64,000 bases of DNA, taken from contig CP120455.1 of assembly GCA_034226945.1 (NCBI GenBank), positions 1,054,001 to 1,118,000 of the forward strand. The letters run 5' to 3'. Of the stretch, positions 10,693-19,168 are shown one piece after another. The translations under genes and the position numbers were made by a program. Origin of the DNA: Picochlorum sp. SENEW3 (lineage: Eukaryota). The notes beneath the pieces were generated by a model. The model saw only the letters and a program-made list of their open reading frames with translations. It ran no database searches and was not told the DNA's origin. Each line of letters starts with the position of its first letter. Position 1 is the stretch's first letter.

Positions 10693-11166
10693 ATGATCCG
10701 TGTCACGTCACCAAGAGGATTGGATGTTCCAAAAGTTTCCACAAATAAGAATACAAATTGGTTAGATAATAAATCCAGTTGGTTGTTTTACACATTACTG
10801 GTCCTTGTGTCGTGGTTGGTGATCTCGAATTTTGTTGAACCAGGACTGGCGTGGACATACGTCCATATTGCTCACGGACTCCTTACATATTATCTATTTC
10901 ATTGGATTAAAGGATCTCCTATTCAAGGTGACCAAGGCAAATACGATTCATTGACCTTTTGGGAACAAATAGACAATGGGGTGCAGGGAACAGCAACTCG
11001 AAAGTTCTTTATAGCAGTACCGGTGGTGTTGTTCTTGTTGGCGTCTCACACATCGGATTTTGAAAAGCAACCACTGGGTGTGAATTTGATTGTCGTGGTC
11101 GTACTGATCGTAGCAAAGATGTCTAGCATGCACAAAGTGCGGATCATGGGAATTAACAAATTCTAG
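10693..11166 (+). CDS. ORM1: ORMDL/ORM1 sphingolipid synthesis regulator
   Basis: NKNTNW, FHWIKGSP, DQGKYDSLTFWEQID, RKFF..VPVVLFLLASH and AKMSSMHKVRIMGIN motifs. Confidence 0.95.
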   Translation: MIRVTSPRGLDVPKVSTNKNTNWLDNKSSWLFYTLLVLVSWLVISNFVEPGLAWTYVHIAHGLLTYYLFHWIKGSPIQGDQGKYDSLTFWEQIDNGVQGTATRKFFIAVPVVLFLLASHTSDFEKQPLGVNLIVVVVLIVAKMSSMHKVRIMGINKF

Positions 11167-11206
11167 CAACTCGAATTCATGATATATAAATGTATAGAGA
11201 GTACTC

Positions 11207-12001
11207 TCATTGTTGTAAATGACTTCTTCGGGGAGATATCGATGTCACGTCTCCATCGTCCGGCCACACGTCCTCGCTTTCTGTCGAAATGAGTGACCTT
11301 CTTGGTGATGTTGGTGGCGTTGACCGAGGACTATGTGCACTTATGCCTGGGGATGCTTGCATCGGCAATGTCCATTCGTTCACGTCTCCATGCTGCATGA
11401 TCCTATTTCCCGTCTCATATTCAAACGCATATCTATCGCTCGCAATCTCTCCCTCCAAATTCAGCTTCACATAGACCCCATCATCCCTCATCTCAACATG
11501 ATGCCTCCGCTGCCTGGCCCCCACCGATTTCCACGACCCAGCTTTCAGGGATCCATCCGGCTGTATATCTGCCTCTTGATACCATTTCTCACCATCATTC
11601 AACGACACATGATAGAAATGCCATGGGCATTTCAAACATGGATGCCCCCCAACATCTTCAATATCACCCAATGCCAAAGGCCCTCCACTATGAAAGCATA
11701 TACTATCCAGACAATGCAGCTCACCTTTATACTCTATGATTGATATATATCTACCATTCAAGCACACATGCACCCTTTTCGCACTCGTATACGGATATGG
11801 AAGGGGATAGTTTGTCTGTGGTGGAGTGCTTGCCCCTCCACTCGTACTCGGAGGATGAAAGACACTTTTATCCGCAATCTTTGCCCATCCATCCTCATCA
11901 ATAGTCTCAATAATCATACCAGTACTTGTTATATTGTCTTTCAAAGCCCGAGTGGGAGACTGCGTCTGTCGGACTGGGGATTTCTTCCCTCGGTTTGCCA
12001 T
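11207..12001 (-). CDS. Rieske [2Fe-2S] domain protein (soluble Rieske-ferredoxin type)
   Basis: CFHSGGPL...CPWH ligand motifs flanked by S/P-rich low-complexity ends. Confidence 0.85.
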   Translation of the reverse strand: MANRGKKSPVRQTQSPTRALKDNITSTGMIIETIDEDGWAKIADKSVFHPPSTSGGASTPPQTNYPLPYPYTSAKRVHVCLNGRYISIIEYKGELHCLDSICFHSGGPLALGDIEDVGGHPCLKCPWHFYHVSLNDGEKWYQEADIQPDGSLKAGSWKSVGARQRRHHVEMRDDGVYVKLNLEGEIASDRYAFEYETGNRIMQHGDVNEWTLPMQASPGISAHSPRSTPPTSPRRSLISTESEDVWPDDGDVTSISPRRSHLQQ

Positions 12002-12153
12002 TGTGGTCCAGTCGCTTTCTCTCCCCCCCTCTCTCTCTCAGTCGAGTATGTATTTCACTTGTATGCACGTGGTCATGTCAACGGTTTATGCAGGAACCCA
12101 ATCAAAGCAAACTCGAAGGTGGATGTCCGTATATAGATACATTAAAGATTCAT

Positions 12154-12207
12154 TCCGTGGAAAGAAATAAGAAACAATCGAACGTTCAGAATCTGAACTT
12201 CAGATGA
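12154..12207. repeat. 54-bp direct repeat, copy 1
   Basis: tccgtggaaagaaataagaaacaatcgaacgttcagaatctgaacttcagatga; 50/54 identical to 14462-14515. Confidence 0.9.
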
Positions 12208-12545
12208 AAGGTCAACGCATCTCAACTGAACTAGAAGAAAAGGAGTCTAGCAACCACATTGATGCCTCTTTCATTACGCATACCCTATTAATCAACTAGG
12301 TGCATCGCATATACGTGCTCTAGAATGACTCGCAACAGAAATGCTCTGTTTTCCCATTCCGCAAACCTTAGGTTTCGCAACACTCATGCTTGCTTTCAAT
12401 TCGAACCACTGGTGTCATTTTAAAAGTGTAGTGAATATAGAAATACACTGGTATGAATGTATCACATGCACAATTTTTAATGAATGGTTGAACGAATTCG
12501 TTCGAACGATTAGACGTGAATTGAATTCATTCATTCATTTAACCA

Positions 12546-13457
12546 TTACTGCTTCTTTCCGTACTTCTTCATCAATGGCTCAATGAATCTTTGCCTATGA
12601 GCAGATACCTTAGTGTAAATCGTGAAAGGATTTAGAAACTCATTATTGCACAGCTTAAGATCCAACACCCTTCCAGCAACACCATACTGCCTTCCTTCAT
12701 AAAAGACTGGGCCACCAGAATCTCCTGAACACGCACTCTTGATACCCACGCCAATATTACTCGAAGGCGTGTAAAAGTAACCACCAACAAGACAGATTTC
12801 CTTCCTTCTGTACACATTCTGTTGAACTATTGAAATCTCGGAGTCGGGATTTGAATTTTCAAAAGGACATGGGGCCACACCCGGCTCTCCAAGGGTCAGG
12901 TTCACCTCAAACAACCTTGGAGGACTGAGCCCTTGCACCTCCCCAGTCTCCTTATTCGTTGCCGTATAGTCATTGTTCACTCCAAATCCAATCGCTGTCA
13001 TGATTGTTCCAGCCGCAGGCTTGGTATTTCTCTCTGCCAGCTTGGCAAATGGGCTCGACATGGTACCATTCAACACCACAACGCCAATATCATTCCCATC
13101 AGATTTCTGATATCTGGGGTGACTAATGAGTTTCTTCGGTTGCACAATCTCATCGGCACTCTTGAGTACATCTTTCTTCCAATCATACTTGATATTCCCC
13201 TTGGCCAGGAACATCTTTTTCGTGGATTGACCCTTCAGACAGTGCGCAGCAGTCAGAACAAGATTCTTCTGAATCAGCGTACCGCCACAAGACTCCCTCT
13301 TTTTCTCATCCATAATCATGACATATTCTCCAAATGATTTCTTCGGTGCCATCACGCCTCCAATGATACGACCACTCGCCGCCTCGACGACCGTGGTTGT
13401 AGTCATCAACATCATGACATGACACACGACCCAGAAACACAGGCCGTAACCACTCAT
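12546..13457 (-). CDS. Secreted trypsin/chymotrypsin-family (S1A) serine protease
   Basis: Signal peptide, R-IIGG activation site, CGGTLI, LTAAHC, DIGVV and GDSGGP (catalytic triad intact); intronless. Confidence 0.92.
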   Translation of the reverse strand: MSGYGLCFWVVCHVMMLMTTTTVVEAASGRIIGGVMAPKKSFGEYVMIMDEKKRESCGGTLIQKNLVLTAAHCLKGQSTKKMFLAKGNIKYDWKKDVLKSADEIVQPKKLISHPRYQKSDGNDIGVVVLNGTMSSPFAKLAERNTKPAAGTIMTAIGFGVNNDYTATNKETGEVQGLSPPRLFEVNLTLGEPGVAPCPFENSNPDSEISIVQQNVYRRKEICLVGGYFYTPSSNIGVGIKSACSGDSGGPVFYEGRQYGVAGRVLDLKLCNNEFLNPFTIYTKVSAHRQRFIEPLMKKYGKKQ

Positions 13458-13549
13458 TGTTGTTATTGTAATTTACCAATAATAGTGATATTATGCAATA
13501 AAAAATACTAAAGGGCACAGGTGCTTATAGGAGGGAAGATCCCTTATGG

Positions 13550-13571
13550 AATCCCTGATTAATCAGGGATT
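13550..13571. repeat. Perfect 22-bp palindrome
   Basis: aatccctgattaatcagggatt, about 90 bp upstream of the protease ATG. Confidence 0.85.
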
Positions 13572-14418
13572 TTCGTCCTCCCCCTGACACGAAATGACAT
13601 TTTCGGTCAAAATCGGGCTTTGATGGGACACCAAATATGACTTACCTGGTATACATATACATGTACATACAGATTTGTACGTATACGTAGGAAAGACGAT
13701 CTCCTACTTAATTAATGTACCTATTTAAGATCTTGTCATAGTTCTATGTAAGTGCAACAGAATGCTCCGGAGAAATATTCGGAGAATATGGGTCCAAGGA
13801 TTGCCCAGATGACGATGAGCGAGTATGGGTTTAGTACTGATGAAGATGAGAAGCTCGTGGAAGGGTTGGATGAACTTGCCCTAAATGAGGAGAAAGGTCA
13901 GAATAGCCCATGAATGCCAAAATTGGACCTTCTAGCCTCTCTTGACTGAGGGAGTTGGTTTCATATGCATTTAATACCTTTGTAAATACCACAGAATGGC
14001 TCATCATCACCAACACATGGCTCTAAGCCCTGAATCTAGGGCCGTCCCAGTGAGCCTGAGCACCGAATAATGTCCAGAGGCACCCCGGGATGAGATATTA
14101 AAACCGACACTACAGGCAAATCGTTTTTCTCCGCGAAATATCGTTTCCGCGAGATGATCGAGAAGAAATTTTCAGTGAGAACTGAGATGTATTGTTCGCG
14201 AGAGGCTCGTCTCAAAGTGGTAAGTTCAGTGAAAAAGGGGACTACTTAAGTAGTATGGCTATTCTTCGCGATTAGTCTCTCAGAAGGGATGATAGGTAGC
14301 GTTTCCTTCGTGAATAGCTCAAATTTATCGCGGAAAAAAATTTGCCTGTATAGTTTTGGTCACCATGGTATGTATGAATTTACATTATGCCCCCTGACCA
14401 GGTCGTCTTTTGATCAAG

Positions 14419-14458
14419 CTGGGTACCTCCACCCCACCACAGCTGTGGTGGTACCCAG
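14419..14458. repeat. Hairpin with perfect 18-bp palindrome core
   Basis: ccaccacagctgtggtgg (14434-14451) nested within ctgggtacc...ggtacccag arms. Confidence 0.8.
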
Positions 14459-14461
14459 GGC

Positions 14462-14515
14462 TCCATGGAAAGAAATGAGACACAATCGAACGTTCAGAAT
14501 CTGAACTTGAGATGA
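14462..14515. repeat. 54-bp direct repeat, copy 2
   Basis: tccatggaaagaaatgagacacaatcgaacgttcagaatctgaacttgagatga; 4 mismatches to copy 1. Confidence 0.9.
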
Positions 14516-14746
14516 TAAGAGATGCTCTAGGCCTCTAGGATGGACCCGTGGGAGAGCCGAGGGGGTCCATCACACAGATACATTCCGTACATAAACAATT
14601 AAAAAACCTACATCGCCGGATCGGCAGGAGGCAAATGGATAAGGCATTGTCGTTATCCAGACCCATCGGGTACTAGACCATGCAACCCAGCCATCAGCTC
14701 TATCAAATTAATCAAAGGTTTACTTTATCAAGCGAAATTTAATACG

Positions 14747-16398
14747 ATGATGTCTACAACAATGTCCCTTTCCATGGGAGCCAAGGTTTCCATGGGTGCT
14801 CAGACCAAGAGAACCCCAAGCATGGCTCCAACCATGAAGCATGCCATGGTGTCCTCACCAATTATGACACCAACTACATCTGTGTCAATGGTCAAGAAGG
14901 CTGAACGAAGCCTGTCACAGAAGGTGTTTGCAGTTGCCGATGGGACTGTGTTGGATAGGCCTTTGCGAGTGGCTGTGATTGGCGGAGGACCATCTGGAGC
15001 ATGCGCTGCGGAGACTTTGGCCAAGGGGGGAGTTGAAACGTTCCTTTTTGAGCGTAAAATGGACAACTGCAAGGTACGAGGTGTTTGGCGGGAGTGGTGT
15101 GTGGTATCTGGGGTGTATCCCATTGAATGCGTTCTTTGATGGGGTGGTGTGCTAAGATGGGCGGATCCAATCTTATCCCCCCACCCTTTGGTTCTTCACA
15201 CTCACACATGGTGAATAATAATAACTATCAATGTATGCAGCCATGTGGAGGAGCTATTCCAATCTGTATGGTCGAGGAGTTTGACTTGCCAATGGAGATT
15301 ATTGATCGTCGCGTGACAAAGATGAAGATGATTTCTCCATCCAACCGTGAGGTTGATGTTGGAAAGACTTTGAACGATAAGGAGTGGATTGGTATGTGCC
15401 GCAGAGAGGTGTTCGATGACTACCTTCGTAAGCGCGCCGAAAAGTTGGGAGCCAACTTGATCAATGGTTTGTACATGCGCATGGAGCAGGAAGGAGATGG
15501 CCCAATTACCTTGCACTATAACAAGTATGAGGAGGGAAGCAAGGTGGGAGTGCCATCCACATTGGAGGTTGACATGATCATTGGAGCTGATGGAGCAAAC
15601 TCTCGTGTTGCACAGAACATTGGTGCTGGAGAAGCAGACTATGCTATTGCTTTCCAGGAGCGTATTCGTATCGATGATGAGAAGATGGAGTACTACAAGG
15701 ATTTGGCTGAGATGTATGTCGGAGATGATGTGTCTCCAGATTTCTACGGATGGGTGTTCCCCAAGTATGATCACGTTGCCGTTGGAACTGGAACTGTGGT
15801 GAACAAGACAGCGATCAAGCAGTACCAGCAGGCAACACGCGATCGCTCCAAGGTGAAGACTGAGGGAGGAAAGATCATCAGAGTTGAGGCCCATCCTATT
15901 CCAGAGCACCCACGCCCACGCAGATTCAAGGGACGTGTCGCTTTGGTTGGAGATGCCGCTGGATATGTGACCAAGTGCTCTGGTGAGGGTATCTACTTTG
16001 CCGCCAAGTCTGGACGTATGGCTGCTGAGGCTATTGTGGAGTACAGTGAGCAAGGAAAGAAGATGGCCGGAGAGGCTGCCATCAAGAGCTACTTGTTCAA
16101 GTGGGATAAGAAGTACTGGGCTACATACAAGGTGCTCGACATCCTCCAGAAGGTCTTCTATAGAAGCAACCCAGCTAGGGAGGCATTCGTTGAGTTGTGC
16201 GAAAGTGACTACGTCCAGAAGATGACATTTGATTCATACTTGTACAAGACTGTTGTTCCAGGAACACCATTAGAGGATGTGAAGCTTTTGGTTGGTACTG
16301 TCGGTTCTTTGCTTCGTGGAAACGCATTGCGTTCTGGAAAGGGACTCAGTGTGTCTTTCGGTAGCAAGAGCAACGAAGAAAAGGTGATGGTCAACTAA
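14747..16398 (+). CDS. CHLP: Geranylgeranyl reductase, chloroplast (exons 14747-15073, 15241-16398)
   Basis: Transit peptide, LRVAVIGGGPSG, DNCK|PCGGAIP across the GT-AG intron 15074-15240, GADGANSRVA, YGWVFPK and GDAAGYVTKCSGEGIYFA. Confidence 0.97.
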
Positions 16399-16518
16399 AT
16401 GTACACAAGTGTCACCGTAATACTAGCATTCGCCATAATCTTTAGCTGCCATGAGTTGTTGCAACAACCACAATCATCATAATGTTTAGGCTGTAATTTT
16501 TTTACATTCATAGTATTG

Positions 16519-18624
16519 CTATTGACTGAGTATCCTGGGTACTTGAAAATCTGTCATACTGACCTCGTCAAAAGCAGTGCAACACTCGAACAACCAATCT
16601 TTTTTGACGACGTCTGCGTGTTCTGGTATACCAGGTGGACGGACAGATGCCTCATCGTTCATCAGGATGCAGATGTCTGCTTCTGAGATGTGAAACAGTG
16701 TTGCTCCTAGTTCAATGGCAAGGCGTCTGACCACCTGGTAGGATTCGTCTCCCTTTTTACCCTGCGTATAAATTGACACTTTTTTTCCTTGCAGCAGGTT
16801 TGGAAGATTTTCTGCAGACTGTGTTCTGAATTCTCTGGATCGAATGGCCCCCTCTTGGAAAATCACATTGGCTAGATATTCATCTTCTGGCAACCAGAAA
16901 CCTGCTTCAAGAGATGCAGTGATATATTCTGGGCGTAGCAAATATGCACCATGAACGACAGCGAGCATTGTTTTCAACGTTCTTCGATTATCTCCGATGA
17001 TCAGATGTGTAATGGTTTTATGTTTCCTGGCATTGTTATTGGTCCACAGTCTCAGTCCCTCTAATTGATTCACAGCCTTTTTGCACAACTCTAGCACCGA
17101 GGATTCGACTGATGTTACTGCCAGAACTCCTGATATCTTCCTATTCTGATTGATGCATTCTTGAGAAGGATGTTGAGATTGTGATGGCAAGGTAAGCATC
17201 TCCTGGCTGAGTCTTGTCGCTTGAGAGGGAGGGTAAATTCCTGCTCCAACAGAAACCTCTGGAGAATGCTCACAGACCGAAGCATTTTCCTTTCCGTTGT
17301 ACACATGTGGCGAATCACTCAAAGAGCTCTCGTCAGGACCTTCCACCACAGGTGAGTTGGCAAGTCTGGAGGAATGTCTCAGCCTACATGGACTGCCGCC
17401 ACTGCTCGCTTGTGATAAGTGAGATTTCTTGCTCTTCTTCCTTAAATCCCAGGGTCGCAAGGTCGACCAAGGACTTGGCACCCGTTTTCTAGTAAAAGGG
17501 GTGGCGTCCTGTTTTCTGGCTTTGGATGCAGTGCCAAAGTCAAAGCCAGGGCCTGGCCTTGAGACATCAGAAGGGGTACCCCAGGGACTGGGAACTCTCT
17601 CAATCTCAGGGATCGGCACTGATGATCCTACAGTCTTTTTCAGAACTGGTTCAACAGCAACTGGGCTCTCAGGAAGATTTTTGCTGAGCAGCACTGGTCT
17701 CTCAGGACGAGTATATAACTGTCGCACAGAGAAACGCTGCGATACGAGAATCTGTTCCGATAGATTTGGACACCTGCTGAATATCTGCTCCCGTGGCTTC
17801 GCAGAGTGCTGCGATGGCTTTTCTGCCTTTTTCTTCTGCTTATTTTGTTCGTTCGCAGTTTTATTTGCTTTGCCTGCGGACCCTCGGTCAGATTGATCTT
17901 CCTTGGGAGTTGCAGATGACAATCTTTTGCAACACCGCTGACTGAGTGGTGTATCCAGATCATCTGCATCTGATGCGACCTCCTCCTCCTCTGGTATATC
18001 CAACATCTTACAGAATCCGCTCGCAAGAACACCTGCTGCGGCTTGAGTAGCTTCTCCAATTGGAGGGAAATCCTCCTCCTCAGTATCATCATGGCACTGT
18101 TGCAATTGTTTCGCCGATGAAAACTCATCACGATTGACATCAAAGCAAGCAATCGGTTTCGGAGCAGAGCTACCTTTGGACGTCTTTTTCCTTTTTGACC
18201 CCTGTCCACGCTTGCTCGATTCTAAAGATAAAGGAGGGGGCTTACGGTCCAAGCTAGGAAGAAAGGCATAGTCACCCTCACTGAGCAAACATCCATCTCT
18301 AACACAGTCTTCCACCCACAATGCGCTCACAATCTTGAGCGTGACGCTACCCTTCTGTTTCTTCCTTTGATCTATATATCCACGCAACCGTTCTAGCCTC
18401 TTGTCATCTTCTGCAGTGTCGCTGTCCTTGACGACAATCACATGTGTGACACCTTTCCTCATACGAGGCGCACAGACTGCTCCATGTACCTCTAATTTAG
18501 ACTCTATAATACTTTTAATATTCTTCTTATCCGGTGAGCATTCGATTTTGGCCACCAGACCGAGAAAGAATTTGTCTCCATCACCCTCTGACCTTGACTT
18601 GTGTCGAGACCGTAACTCTGGCAT
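16519..18624 (-). CDS. BRCT-domain protein with microcephalin-like layout (one N-terminal BRCT, tandem C-terminal BRCTs)
   Basis: GVTHVIV...IVSALWVEDC at the N-terminus; ITHLII...RRTLKTMLAVVHGAYLL...SLEAGFWLPEDEY and VVKKDWLFEC at the C-terminus; disordered middle. Confidence 0.8.
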   Translation of the reverse strand: MPELRSRHKSRSEGDGDKFFLGLVAKIECSPDKKNIKSIIESKLEVHGAVCAPRMRKGVTHVIVVKDSDTAEDDKRLERLRGYIDQRKKQKGSVTLKIVSALWVEDCVRDGCLLSEGDYAFLPSLDRKPPPLSLESSKRGQGSKRKKTSKGSSAPKPIACFDVNRDEFSSAKQLQQCHDDTEEEDFPPIGEATQAAAGVLASGFCKMLDIPEEEEVASDADDLDTPLSQRCCKRLSSATPKEDQSDRGSAGKANKTANEQNKQKKKAEKPSQHSAKPREQIFSRCPNLSEQILVSQRFSVRQLYTRPERPVLLSKNLPESPVAVEPVLKKTVGSSVPIPEIERVPSPWGTPSDVSRPGPGFDFGTASKARKQDATPFTRKRVPSPWSTLRPWDLRKKSKKSHLSQASSGGSPCRLRHSSRLANSPVVEGPDESSLSDSPHVYNGKENASVCEHSPEVSVGAGIYPPSQATRLSQEMLTLPSQSQHPSQECINQNRKISGVLAVTSVESSVLELCKKAVNQLEGLRLWTNNNARKHKTITHLIIGDNRRTLKTMLAVVHGAYLLRPEYITASLEAGFWLPEDEYLANVIFQEGAIRSREFRTQSAENLPNLLQGKKVSIYTQGKKGDESYQVVRRLAIELGATLFHISEADICILMNDEASVRPPGIPEHADVVKKDWLFECCTAFDEVSMTDFQVPRILSQ

Positions 18625-19168
18625 ACTTCCACACTACTCTATTGGTACCTAACCAACAGCTAAGAAAATTTAATGACCGATTGCAACGATGGAGAACCGC
18701 AGAACTAAAGGCAAAGAGATCCTGTTGAGAGTTCGTTACTCCCAGTCGGGCCGATGCGAACTCTCCAGACAATATTTGACGGGTTAAAATGATTAGATTT
18801 ACATTAAATTATGATTTAATGACCATGCAGTGCATATCACTCTGGTTTTTGGGAGCGGTTGATATGCAGTCCGCAGCTGCGTCGGTCTGCCGGGGGCGCC
18901 TCGACCCAGTTGCCATGGATGGCTCAGCCATTGGGTACTGTCGTGGCCACGTGAGGATTGAGAGGCAAAATAGAAATTTTGACTGATTCAACATCATATC
19001 AGCTTGGTAGAATGACAACAAAAGTTGGAGTCACCCGGAAAGGAATCACGCACTTTATTTTTTTTGGGTGGTACATTATGGACGCTTGATTAGAGACGAT
19101 GGAAACAACGTCTATCCATCAAAGATTTTATCTTGAATGAATTTTCATCAAGCAAGAGTAGGGGCGTG

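Noticed and set aside
13637..13649. ACTTACCTGG resembling the 5' end of U1 snRNA
   Set aside because: Downstream sequence is AT-rich (tatacatatacatg) with no U1 stem-loops or Sm site.
12154..14515. CRISPR-like or LTR interpretation of the 54-bp repeats
   Set aside because: Only two copies 2.3 kb apart, with no spacers, no TG...CA ends, no PBS/PPT and no gag/pol.
15202..16053. 283-aa antisense ORF over CHLP (similarly 45729-47090 over tubulin and 40851-41738)
   Set aside because: Expected by-product of codon bias in sense genes; no recognisable motifs.
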